DNA of 64,000 nucleotides from an uncultured bacterium (lineage in GTDB: Bacteria; Patescibacteriota; JACMRA01). This document shows, in pieces, positions 39,201 to 47,781 of this stretch. Every line of letters starts with the position of its first letter. Positions within the stretch are counted from its first letter, which is position 1. Location of the stretch: positions 96,001 to 160,000 of the forward strand of contig OY969926.1 in assembly GCA_963704645.1 (NCBI GenBank). Direction: 5' to 3'. The notes below the pieces were generated by a model. That model searched no databases. It saw only the letters and a list, made by a program, of their open reading frames with translations, and was not told the origin of the DNA. The position numbers and the translations under genes were made by a program.

Positions 39201-39457
39201 TCTTCCTGTGTAGCCAAGTCCTCTTGATCTTCTTCATTGGAAGAGTTAAGTTTAGATTGTCCTAACTCTTCAGTTTTAGGCCTATCTTTAGCATATTTAA
39301 TTTTAGCTGGGTCGTAATTATTAAAACTGGTTTTAGCACTTGTTGAAATTGAGAGTATTGGAGTTAATAGATTTAATATTATTAAAAAGGAGATAACAGT
39401 AAAAGAGAGAGTTTTCTGCCAATTTTGTTTTAAAAAGTTTAATTTATCTTTGTTCAT
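36209..39457 (-). CDS. Secreted PA14-repeat protein with Pro/Thr linker, Ig-like domain and unknown C-terminal domain
   Basis: Signal/TM; SFEDWLDYDFNDIVLKV; two PA14 units (DYFSAKF..DDGMKL..W; DNFSGYF..ADDGTEI..W). Confidence 0.8.
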   Translation of the reverse strand: MNKDKLNFLKQNWQKTLSFTVISFLIILNLLTPILSISTSAKTSFNNYDPAKIKYAKDRPKTEELGQSKLNSSNEEDQEDLATQEEPPETPSNKLSIQSTGCYYISRISNDGAGGKLYLVGVNEDGSDKLISDNYNDLTTKKVSDVQNATGGINSSPTLGNFTQGQDLILKITPFYSQSPKTILSTDSSRVKQVNLGNNAYSLSFEDWLDYDFNDIVLKVEKGLCEGEGEPEPPSNPEPPTTPTPQPTIPPTQPETPLTHQEKQKRLEEWKRPEPQTPIRPTIPTPKPALPQVPVTSPVIIDTPQPVTQTPIIPPSEATQSLVTKTTLAPTTSLATTTPTVQPLAITGTPLYNECNYPELPYDNWCAQYYNNNPYSGIMSYSENYYPARDSLGRTDYINKDWGYGNPGGVTPSDYFSAKFSKKQWFESGHYKFYTGYDDGMKLVINGNIVIDKWENPAADTDTRIDLPTGWHVMEVYYQEKTGSAKLTLSWELACKTNNNFSDWCVEFYPNKYQTGIPVKPVTRLGDFWDDNWGNNNPTVNLTKGGINSFSGTYLNSPSGISSLPTDNFSGYFTKMHYFPASTFTFISKADDGTEIILDGTRIINQPGCCSETRTDRYLTEGWYLLQVKFREDAGQAAFALRWEYTDSIKPDGRIINPSANYQTITGNNFTVKAEAWDLSTPQSLVSYVDFYAYYDSKLLFLGREYNDNVDYLYSANIDLTKVSSSQNIEFSINITDRAGNVKIGGWGSVWGRFNKNLSQAESLINDGLYNYLAKRECTASCDTEIQFHAKMVLAIWTATTGRNPSTTFLSCQDLNYLQSFLNNKKNSNWYTSDEPKRLFLNAVFVLNERTLMNSYCKNTMEAYVASANFIALSWQSTNNKDRFIYDLGTVFANRPGKNCIISIDGCNAGTVYEEAYHIVEFHGSSGYNYIFDDEGTKSNLAWHNTGGGINFAYAGDSQNSVGYPFIGVNLPLPLFGSNEWWLMFHEAYKKNTFVPPQFYRTLPDPAENGSSWMDLFSSYEAIKLGKDLRENRVSVSTFANEYKNRFSKTHNVCNEYVPRVPIDRLYWDDVTCNTVPTRLKN

Positions 39458-39622
39458 ATAGTAATCTGTACCTGAATTGGAAATGATCAATTCTTCAGAT
39501 AAAGCTTATATATGTCTAAGATATTTTGTGTTCATTTTTGGACTGAGTTGTTAGGATGGGGAGAGGTGGGGAATTCGCTTAATACAATAATTAGAAAAGG
39601 ATGGTGTAAAAATTTATAACAT

Positions 39623-40423
39623 CTACTTAAAATTCTGATAAATTATACCTGCAAAAAAGAAAAATAAATTTATTATCACTACCACCCCACCCGTGGCTAA
39701 ATTTAAATAGAATGAAAGTATAATTCCAAACCAAATTGATGAAACTGAAAACAATACAGCTAACAAAATAGTTTTAACCAAATCTAATTTAAATAATTGG
39801 GCGGAAATTACTGGAACAACCATTAAAGTTGATATTAACAAAACTCCAATGGAAGTAATGCCCAAACTTATAATAACAGCGCAAAGTGTAATAAATATGT
39901 AATTTATTTTTTCAACCTCAACTCCTTCCGAGGTGGCCAAATCTTCGTCTAAGCTAATTAAAAGCATCTGATTTCTAATAAAGAAAAGTGTAATTAGTAT
40001 AGCTGGCACGGCCACTGATAAAACAATTACATCCTGAAGACTAACAAAATTTAAACCTCCAAATAAATAACTAAATAATTTACCACTACCCTGATTTGCA
40101 AAATTCAACAAAATGGCTGTTAAACCAAGACTAGCAGATAAAGTTACAGCCAAAGCGGTTTCTCCAAAAAGCTTTTTGGATTGTCTAATTTTTTCTATAC
40201 CAAGACTTACCAAAATTGTACTTAAAATAGTAACTGGAAGAGTGGCTAAACCAGTAATTATACTTGTTAAAATACCTACCAAAGAAACATGCGAAAGAGT
40301 ATCAGCTAAATTGGAATATCTTTTTACAACTAGAAAAATTCCCAGGACTGGTAAAACTAAACCAAGAATACTTCCAGCAATAAGTGACCTAATTATAAAT
40401 TCGTATTGGAAAATTTCAAGCAT
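39623..40423 (-). CDS. znuB: Zn/Mn ABC transporter permease
   Basis: DTLSHVSL.G, YLFG, DEDLA..EG, GVLLI. Confidence 0.88.
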   Translation of the reverse strand: MLEIFQYEFIIRSLIAGSILGLVLPVLGIFLVVKRYSNLADTLSHVSLVGILTSIITGLATLPVTILSTILVSLGIEKIRQSKKLFGETALAVTLSASLGLTAILLNFANQGSGKLFSYLFGGLNFVSLQDVIVLSVAVPAILITLFFIRNQMLLISLDEDLATSEGVEVEKINYIFITLCAVIISLGITSIGVLLISTLMVVPVISAQLFKLDLVKTILLAVLFSVSSIWFGIILSFYLNLATGGVVVIINLFFFFAGIIYQNFK

Positions 40424-40441
40424 ATTTATTCAGTGTTTTTA

Positions 40442-41173
40442 TTAGTGGTGATGGTGCATGTGCTGTCTAGAGCTTCCATAAATATCCTCAAAATCTGAGC
40501 TGTTAGTAAAACTTTTAACTGACTGGTGAATAATAAGTTTTTGATTTAAACACCAAACTAAATTGGAAGACTTAGCCACTGTTTCCAGTTCATGAGTGAC
40601 TAAAATTATAGCAACTCCCTGTTCAAAAATATCTTCTAGAATTGAATAAAATTCTGCCTGATTTTGAACATCCACGCCAGATATTGGCTCGTCTAAAATT
40701 AAAAGTTTTGGTTTAGATATCAAGCTTCTTGCCAACCACACTCGCTGTCTTTGTCCAACCGAAAGCTGGCTAATTAACTTATTTTTAAAATCTAAAATAC
40801 CAAGTTTAACTAAAATATTATTCACCCATTTTTCGTCTTTATTTTTAAATAAATTAGTGCCTAAAATATCATTTACACTTGCTGGGAAGGACAGACTAGT
40901 TTGGTTTAATCGCTGAGGCAAATAAGCAATTTCACCCCTGTTTTTAAATTTAGATATTGGCAGACCAAACACTTCTAAATTTCCAGAAAAGTTAGTTTCT
41001 ATACCTGTTAAAATTTTAACCAGGGTGGTTTTACCCGCTCCATTAGGACCAGTGAGAATACAAAAATTATCTTGCTCTAAATTAAAGTTTAAATTATCTA
41101 GAACAATGTCATCTCCATATTTAATGGAAAGGTTTTGAGCAGATAAGATAGGTTTTTTTTCACTATTATTCAC
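40442..41173 (-). CDS. znuC: Zn/Mn ABC transporter ATPase
   Basis: GPNGAGKTT, LILDEP..GVD, His-rich tail. Confidence 0.88.
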   Translation of the reverse strand: MNNSEKKPILSAQNLSIKYGDDIVLDNLNFNLEQDNFCILTGPNGAGKTTLVKILTGIETNFSGNLEVFGLPISKFKNRGEIAYLPQRLNQTSLSFPASVNDILGTNLFKNKDEKWVNNILVKLGILDFKNKLISQLSVGQRQRVWLARSLISKPKLLILDEPISGVDVQNQAEFYSILEDIFEQGVAIILVTHELETVAKSSNLVWCLNQKLIIHQSVKSFTNSSDFEDIYGSSRQHMHHHH

Positions 41174-42098
41174 ACTTTAAAGCTATTTTAAGATTATTTA
41201 AGTTGCTTTTGTATATTGAAATATAGTCTTCGTTGTTTTTAATTTGCTCATCAGTAATTGTTTCAATTGGGTTTAATTCTAAAGTTTTTGTATTAGTTTC
41301 AAGGCTAATTGTATCTGTAATTTTATTGTTGGCCGAGCTTTCCAAAAAAATGTATTCTAAATTGTTCTGTTTAATTGTATTTATAATTTCACTAATTTGC
41401 TGGCTACTTGGCTCATCTTCTGGGCTTAAACCAGTAATTGGAATAATTTGTATATTGTATTTCTGGGCAAAATAACTATAGGCATCATGCGAGACTATAA
41501 TTTTATTAAATTTACATTTAGCTAAACTAGTTTTGGTTTCAATATCTAATAGATTTAGTTTTGTAGAGAATGACAATTGATTGGCTGGAAATAAATCTTT
41601 TTTGTCTGGAAACTTTGCTGCTAATTGGTCTGACAATTTTGAACTAAATTCTGAAACTAAGGTTGGATCTAGCCAGAAATGGGGATCTTTTGCCTCCTCT
41701 GCATCTATCAAATTAATGCTTTTTGATACAGAAATAGTGGCAACACCATTTTTAGAAATATCAGTTGCTACTTGTTCAGCCCAGGTGTCAATTTCTTCAC
41801 CTAAATACACAAAAGCAGCACCAGAATTTAAGTTAGCTATTTCCCTAGCTGAAGGTTCAAAATCGTGCGGTTCAACCCCCGCTGGAACAATATTAATAAC
41901 TTCAAAACTATCTCCAGCTACTTGCTTTGTAATATATTGAAGAGGATAAAAGGTAGTGTATATTTTTCTCTTGTTCTTATCGTCCCTACCAGCCAAATTA
42001 TTGTTTGCAGTAAACAACATACTAGTAAAGAAACCTGCAGCAAGAATAGCTACAATGGTTAATATAATTATAATGTTTTTTTTGGAGAATATTTTCAT
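41166..42098 (-). CDS. znuA: Zn/Mn ABC substrate-binding protein
   Basis: EPHDFEP, DPHFWLDP, HDAYSYF. Confidence 0.9.
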   Translation of the reverse strand: MKIFSKKNIIIILTIVAILAAGFFTSMLFTANNNLAGRDDKNKRKIYTTFYPLQYITKQVAGDSFEVINIVPAGVEPHDFEPSAREIANLNSGAAFVYLGEEIDTWAEQVATDISKNGVATISVSKSINLIDAEEAKDPHFWLDPTLVSEFSSKLSDQLAAKFPDKKDLFPANQLSFSTKLNLLDIETKTSLAKCKFNKIIVSHDAYSYFAQKYNIQIIPITGLSPEDEPSSQQISEIINTIKQNNLEYIFLESSANNKITDTISLETNTKTLELNPIETITDEQIKNNEDYISIYKSNLNNLKIALKCE

Positions 42099-42234
42099 AG
42101 GTAATATATTTTATAATTGGTGGTATAATTGAACAATTATTTTTTTAGTTTGAATTTTAGATCCAAATTAGTAAACAAATGTTATTGTAAAATTTTTAGG
42201 TAAGGCTAAATTATGAGAGTTTAAATCTTTATAT

Positions 42235-42675
42235 TTATGAGCATTTTTGGCATAACCCTCTTAAAATTATTAAACTTTCTTCAACTACAAAATCGGGTAT
42301 GTTTTTATAGGTTTCAGAAATATCTTGCCAGCTCCAAGTTGGTGTAACTGCTTTGACTTGAAAACATTTTTTACAAACCAAATGCTGCTGCTTTCCGTCT
42401 CCGTAAATTTTGTAAAATTTATGCTCACCGTCTAAATCTATACTGGTAATAAGTTTGTTTTTTTCTAAAGTTTCTAATTCACGGTAAATAGTAGTTTTGT
42501 TTGGCCAAAATTCGTAACCTTGCAATTGATGCAATATCTCTTTTACTGTTATTGGTTTTCCCTTCATCAAAATTTTTAAAACGGCCTGTCTTAGTTTTGA
42601 ATCTCGGCACCCAACTTTGCGTAATTGAATTTCAATTTGTTCTACTTTCTCTAAAATTTGTTCTGTTTTAGACAT
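42235..42675 (-). CDS. Fur-family regulator (probable Zur)
   Basis: TTIYREL..L, HLVCKKC, GLCQKC; adjacent to znuACB. Confidence 0.85.
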   Translation of the reverse strand: MSKTEQILEKVEQIEIQLRKVGCRDSKLRQAVLKILMKGKPITVKEILHQLQGYEFWPNKTTIYRELETLEKNKLITSIDLDGEHKFYKIYGDGKQQHLVCKKCFQVKAVTPTWSWQDISETYKNIPDFVVEESLIILRGLCQKCS

Positions 42676-42679
42676 CAAA

Positions 42680-42710
42680 ATTATATTGCAACCTGGTTGC
42701 AGTTTGTCAA
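42680..42710 (-). promoter_or_regulatory. Promoter with a 7-1-7 palindromic operator
   Basis: TTGACA-19 nt-TATAAT enclosing TGCAACC-N-GGTTGCA (42687-42701). Confidence 0.6.
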
Positions 42711-42885
42711 GTAAAATCACACTGTGTCAGCACTTACTTAACATATTAAATGTCTGGTAAAACCTCTAATATTTCGTATTTTTACGTGAAAATTGAGACG
42801 TAAACTTTAAACATGATGAATTACTATATGAAAGGATAGTTAATATATTTTGACATTTCAAACCAAGTAACATTGCCTAGGAAAT

Positions 42886-43524
42886 GTGAACACAAAATTA
42901 TATACAGAAAGTTTTAACAGACTAATTAAATTTAGCTGGATAATAATTGGGTTAACTGTAATTACCGCAATAGCATCTTTTACTATTTTATCTGATCAAA
43001 GTTTTCAGGCTAATATTACCTTAGGTTTAAATTTTAACAACCCAAAATTTTTAGAAAGTAAACAGGATTCTGTTTTTGTAGAGCAACCAAACTTTTTAGA
43101 TAGCCAAGGTAAACTTTCAAGATTTTTAGAAAATAGATTAGCTTCAATAGATAGCCAAAAAATTATTGTTCAAGAGCTAAATTTAGGTAATTTAAACTTA
43201 AGCAGTGATAAACCAATTTATAAATTAACCGACCAAGAATTGGGCTTTATTACTGTAAGTTATTCTACAAAAGATAAAAACAAAGCCGAACAATTTAACA
43301 AAGTTATGAAGGAACAGGTGTACACTAACATTGTTAAACAATGGAACGATTCGAGATTAGAAAACTTTCAAATTTCACCTATTCAAAACCCATCCGAAAA
43401 TATTCAAGAAATAAATACTGGTTTAGAAACTAAGTTGTTAGCTCCAATTGCCACTTTCATTCTTTCTACTTTAATAGTGTTACTATGGCCTTTAGCTTAC
43501 TTAACTTCACACCAGTCTGAATAA
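42886..43524 (+). CDS. Wzz-like two-TM protein (chain-length determinant-like)
   Basis: TM helices at both ends around an extracytoplasmic domain. Confidence 0.5.
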   Translation: MNTKLYTESFNRLIKFSWIIIGLTVITAIASFTILSDQSFQANITLGLNFNNPKFLESKQDSVFVEQPNFLDSQGKLSRFLENRLASIDSQKIIVQELNLGNLNLSSDKPIYKLTDQELGFITVSYSTKDKNKAEQFNKVMKEQVYTNIVKQWNDSRLENFQISPIQNPSENIQEINTGLETKLLAPIATFILSTLIVLLWPLAYLTSHQSE

Positions 43525-43553
43525 ATTAATATAACAATAAAATTTTAAATAAT

Positions 43554-44105
43554 ATGGACATCGCTTTAATTTTAATTAGCTTAAACGTAATTGCTTACGT
43601 GATACCTTACCTTTTTGACTTTGCTAAATTCCCGTACTCTAGCCATGACATGTTTTTACAATTAGGCTGGAAAGACAATGCAGCAATTAAAGACGGTGAA
43701 TGGTATAGACTAGTTAGTTCTAACTTTTTGCACGCCGATTTTTGGCATTTGCTATTTAACATGTACGCTATTTTTAATATAGCCCCAATTGTAAGTACAA
43801 TCTTTAGACCGTGGGGAATGCTAGTAATTTACTTAGCCAGCGGACTTTTTGGCTCTTTGTTTTCTTTCTGGTTTAATTCTAACCCAAGTGTAGGAGCAAG
43901 CGGAGCAATTTTCGGTTTAGTTGGAGCTTTGGTAGCTTACGCAATAATAAATAACGATTACAGTTTGCTTTCCCAATTGCTGCTTATTATATTTATTAAC
44001 GTGGCTTACGGCTTCTTAAATACACAAATTGATAACTTCGGTCATTTGGGTGGTTTTGTAGCAGGAATAACTATAGGTTTTGGCTTGCTAATGTACGTTT
44101 TATAG
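43554..44105 (+). CDS. Rhomboid intramembrane protease
   Basis: WYRL, FLH..HLLFN, GASG, HLGG. Confidence 0.95.
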   Translation: MDIALILISLNVIAYVIPYLFDFAKFPYSSHDMFLQLGWKDNAAIKDGEWYRLVSSNFLHADFWHLLFNMYAIFNIAPIVSTIFRPWGMLVIYLASGLFGSLFSFWFNSNPSVGASGAIFGLVGALVAYAIINNDYSLLSQLLLIIFINVAYGFLNTQIDNFGHLGGFVAGITIGFGLLMYVL

Positions 44106-44121
44106 TGTATGAACTAGTAGT

Positions 44122-45375
44122 ATGCACACTTCAGATACAAAAAAAATAAGCATAAATAGCTTAAAGAGTAATGGCGTAAATCTTATTCTTAACAGTAAAC
44201 AAAAACTAGAACAAGAAAGTAAATTTTATGGTGAATTATCTTATTTAGAGAACTTCCAAGAAATTTCCAGATTTGAAAAATATAAAGCATTTCCAAGTTC
44301 TTGGTACGCAATTTTAACTGATGTAAAAGGCTCTACAAAAGCAGTAGAAGAAGGTAGATACAAAGAAGTAAACTTCGTAGGTGCAGCTGTAATTATTGCC
44401 CTGCAAAACCTTGCCACAGAATACCAATTACCTTTTGTTTTTGGTGGAGATGGAGCGACATTGTTTATTCCAGCTGAACTTTACGAAACCACAAGAAAAG
44501 CTTTGGCCAGCACACAACAAATGGCCTATCAAAACTATAATTTGGAGCTGCGTTGTATGTTGTACCCTGTAGCAGAATTATACAAACAAAACATTGAAAT
44601 TAAAGTTGCTAAGCTAAGAATTTCCAATTTGTACGATCAAGCTATGTTGGTGGGCAGCGGTGTAGATTACTTGGAAAATATTTTAAAGCAAGAAAAGACA
44701 ATTTACCATATTCAACCTAATTTATTTAGTAGTCCAAATTTTGAAGGTCTTACTTGTAGGTGGGAAGATATACAAAATAAAAACGGGGAAGTTGTAACAC
44801 TAATTGTTAAGGCCAAATCAAATTTGGTGGCAGACATAAACAGTAACAAAGAAATGATTACTTATGAGAATGTATTAAAAGAAATTGGTAACATTTACGG
44901 AGAGTCTGAAGATTTCAACCCTATTTCAAGAAACAATATTAAATTAAGTTTAAATCTTAAACAACTTAGTTTAGAGGCCAAGCTGAAATCTTTTGGGCAA
45001 AGTAGCTTAAAGAAATTATCTACTCTATGTAATTTTTGGATAGTTAATTTATATGGTATAATTACAGGTAAAAAGAACGCTTTAGTAGAATCAAGGAAAG
45101 ACCATATTATGTTAGCAACCGACTTTAAAAAGTTTGATGGAACGCTAAAAATGGTTATTTCAGGAAGTTCCCAACAAAGAGAAAAGTTATTAGCCGCTTT
45201 AGATAAAATGAGTGCTGACGGAGAAATTCTATACGGATATTTTATTTCAGAAGCAGCAACCATGACTTGCCTAGTATACGCAGAAGGGAACAGCGAAGTA
45301 CATTTCGTAGACGGAGCCGGAGGAGGCTACACCCTAGCCGCTAAAATGCTGAAGGAGAAGATAAAAGCTAAGTAG
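44122..45375 (+). CDS. DUF3095 family protein (nucleotidyl-cyclase-like)
   Basis: LTDVKGST.A...GRYK.VN, PFVFGGDGAT, DFKKFDG.LKM, HFVDGAGGGY..AA. Confidence 0.85.
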   Translation: MHTSDTKKISINSLKSNGVNLILNSKQKLEQESKFYGELSYLENFQEISRFEKYKAFPSSWYAILTDVKGSTKAVEEGRYKEVNFVGAAVIIALQNLATEYQLPFVFGGDGATLFIPAELYETTRKALASTQQMAYQNYNLELRCMLYPVAELYKQNIEIKVAKLRISNLYDQAMLVGSGVDYLENILKQEKTIYHIQPNLFSSPNFEGLTCRWEDIQNKNGEVVTLIVKAKSNLVADINSNKEMITYENVLKEIGNIYGESEDFNPISRNNIKLSLNLKQLSLEAKLKSFGQSSLKKLSTLCNFWIVNLYGIITGKKNALVESRKDHIMLATDFKKFDGTLKMVISGSSQQREKLLAALDKMSADGEILYGYFISEAATMTCLVYAEGNSEVHFVDGAGGGYTLAAKMLKEKIKAK

Positions 45376-45489
45376 ATTCACTTTTCATAAGTTAATAAAT
45401 TATCGACTCAAAAATTCCTCAATCAATAGCTTTTTGCTTTGTTAATAAATAATTTTATAATCACTAAATCTGCTTACTATATTATTAAA

Positions 45490-45516
45490 TTAGCAACCTA
45501 AGACTTAGATTGACAA
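45490..45516 (+). promoter_or_regulatory. Degenerate CIRCE overlapping the -35 box of hsp20
   Basis: TTAGCAACC-N9-GATTGACAA versus consensus TTAGCACTC-N9-GAGTGCTAA. Confidence 0.5.
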
Positions 45517-45608
45517 AATAAAAAAAATGTTGAAAGTAAAAACTATCAAGGTTTCTTAAATTATTATAGGTAACTTTGATTTACAAATTAATTTTATAAC
45601 TACTTATT

Positions 45609-46022
45609 ATGTCCAATATTATTTCTTTAATGGATCAACTAATTGATGATAATTTTCAGCCTTTAAACTTTCGAGTAAGTCCTAAATTTATTTCTAACCC
45701 AGCTGTAAACGTTACCGAACATAAAGACAAATATGAAGTTTCTGTAGCAATTCCTGGTATAGATTCCGACAAAGTTAAAATTGAAATTAGAGAAAATATA
45801 CTTAATTTTAGCTACCAACATGAAGAGGCTAAAGAAGATAAGGAATCTGAAGTTTTAAGACAAGAATATTCACACTTTACTTTTTCCCGAAGTATTGCCA
45901 TGCCAAAAGACATAGATACAAATTCTGTTAAAGCTTCATCTAAAAAAGGTATACTTTATATTACTATAAATAAGATACCACAGTCTCAACCAAAAGTAAT
46001 TAAAATAGAAAAGCACGATTAG
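45609..46022 (+). CDS. Hsp20/alpha-crystallin small heat-shock protein
   Basis: PAVNV.E, IPGI, FSRSI.MP, A....GIL.I.I.K. Confidence 0.93.
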   Translation: MSNIISLMDQLIDDNFQPLNFRVSPKFISNPAVNVTEHKDKYEVSVAIPGIDSDKVKIEIRENILNFSYQHEEAKEDKESEVLRQEYSHFTFSRSIAMPKDIDTNSVKASSKKGILYITINKIPQSQPKVIKIEKHD

Positions 46023-46042
46023 AATATAAACACTAAGTTTTT

Positions 46043-46062
46043 AGCCCTTCGGGGCTTTTTTT
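46043..46062 (+). terminator. Intrinsic terminator
   Basis: AGCCC-TTCG-GGGCT followed by a T run. Confidence 0.85.
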
Positions 46063-46582
46063 ATAATGCCAAAGTTCTAATTTTACCTTCTCCAAGTGGA
46101 GCATAAAAACTTACAGGCTTACCTTCGTCATCTGTGGAATGCCATTCAAACCACAATTTACTTTTATCATGGTTTTTAGATATTTCCTTTATAAAATCTT
46201 CAAGACTAATTTCGTTTGTATTTAAAGTTTTCTGCATTAGTTTAACAATTTTATAAACCAAATTGTATTTTGGACTATTGTGTTCGTTGCTATAATGCCT
46301 TTCAGGGCTATCCCACCTTCCAAAAAACTTTCTATCAGTATAGCCACCCCGAATTAAAAAACTTGCATCTAATATTGTTATTTTTTTTAAATCTGAAATG
46401 CAATCTTTAACTACCTCTTCCATTTTTTCCATTAATAAATCATTAAAATTTTCAATATACCATTTTCTTTCCTTTATTAATCGATCAATATCATTTTGAT
46501 CTAAAAATAATATGCCTGTTAAATAATCTTCCACTCCTGTGTTAAAATAAGCAGAACTAGGCATTATAAAAAGTGAGTACAT
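46061..46582 (-). CDS. Hypothetical protein, paralog B
   Basis: Shares motifs with 46599-47141 (D.SF..R, NH.K..LW, FYAP.GE). Confidence 0.75.
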   Translation of the reverse strand: MYSLFIMPSSAYFNTGVEDYLTGILFLDQNDIDRLIKERKWYIENFNDLLMEKMEEVVKDCISDLKKITILDASFLIRGGYTDRKFFGRWDSPERHYSNEHNSPKYNLVYKIVKLMQKTLNTNEISLEDFIKEISKNHDKSKLWFEWHSTDDEGKPVSFYAPLGEGKIRTLAL

Positions 46583-46598
46583 AAATTTATAAGTTTAA

Positions 46599-47141
46599 TT
46601 AATTATATCTTTCCAATTGTTCTAAACCCTGCAAGCCACTTTCACCATACGGAGCATAAAATCCAACAAGCTCGCCGTTCTCATCATTAGTTTCAAAATT
46701 AATCCACAACTCTTTTTTCTCGTGATTTAATAAAATTCTATCTATATAGTCTTTCATTGAAATATTGTTGGTCAATAAGTTTGTTTGTATAGCTTTTAAA
46801 ATGTTTTTAGTAACAGCATTTACAGCCTGCAAAACCATATTCTGAACTTTATCAAATTCACCACTAGTAACAACGTCTTTTAGAAAATCTTCATCGAACT
46901 GTATTTTTCTTAAAATAAAACTAGAATCCATAGCTACAATAACTTTAACCTGATCAGAAAAACCAGTTTCTATAGGGCTAATTTTTTTTAACAACAAATC
47001 CTTCAATTCTAAATTATTTTCCCACCTACCTTGTTGTTTTAGCTCTTCAATTTCTTTGTCCCAAAATAGCAGTCCAACCATAAAGCTTTGGCTGTTACCA
47101 CTTATTATATGGAAACTGGTTGATTTAAAAAATGCGTGCAT
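46599..47141 (-). CDS. Hypothetical protein, paralog A
   Basis: Paralog of 46061-46582. Confidence 0.75.
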   Translation of the reverse strand: MHAFFKSTSFHIISGNSQSFMVGLLFWDKEIEELKQQGRWENNLELKDLLLKKISPIETGFSDQVKVIVAMDSSFILRKIQFDEDFLKDVVTSGEFDKVQNMVLQAVNAVTKNILKAIQTNLLTNNISMKDYIDRILLNHEKKELWINFETNDENGELVGFYAPYGESGLQGLEQLERYN

Positions 47142-47283
47142 GCTAAGCAAATACTTAAGTCATTCTTGACATTTGTCAAAATAAAATGCAAATATATATA
47201 TATCATACTATTTTATATATGTTTAGCAAGTTCTAAATTATTATAATTAGTTACAAAAACCGATTTTTTGGAGGAAAACCAAA

Positions 47284-47622
47284 ATGCCTTGGGGTAAATG
47301 GACTGAAGGAGAGAATATTGATTCTAAAGTTAAGATTGACCTTAACAATGGAGACATGACTACTTTAACAAGAAGTGTTGAGCATCGTGGAAACAAAGAT
47401 GACTACCCTCACATGAGTGTCACTGTTGGTCTAAACGGTGATTTAAAAAATGCTCATTGGTCAGAGTCTGAGCATGGCCCTAGAATTGGAACAGAGGGTG
47501 AAAACCCTGAATGGAGTAAAAACCCGACTGTGGAAAAAAGTGGATTTAGCAGGGATACTCCTAGTATCTATGATTCACATAATTTTGAAAAAGGTGGAAG
47601 TGAGTATTCTGGTTGGGATTAG
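47284..47622 (+). CDS. Hypothetical hydrophilic protein (112 aa)
   Basis: GGAGG upstream, own terminator downstream. Confidence 0.7.
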   Translation: MPWGKWTEGENIDSKVKIDLNNGDMTTLTRSVEHRGNKDDYPHMSVTVGLNGDLKNAHWSESEHGPRIGTEGENPEWSKNPTVEKSGFSRDTPSIYDSHNFEKGGSEYSGWD

Positions 47623-47681
47623 TTAATTTCCACACATTTTTTGATTTAAAATTAAATAGTTATTCAAAATAACAAATATTT

Positions 47682-47704
47682 GCTCATTAATTTGAGCTTT
47701 TTTT
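47682..47704 (+). terminator. Intrinsic terminator
   Basis: GCTCA-TTAATT-TGAGC followed by a T run. Confidence 0.65.
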
Positions 47705-47781
47705 ATTTTTGAAAATATTTTATGGATGGTTGACATTACTTCAACTAAGACCAACCTTTAAATAGTATAACACATAAAAAT

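Noticed and set aside
42736-42763. dif-like site (minus strand GTTTTACCAGA-CATTTA-ATATGTTAAGT)
   Set aside because: Only the XerD-like arm resembles the consensus, which is plausible by chance in AT-rich DNA
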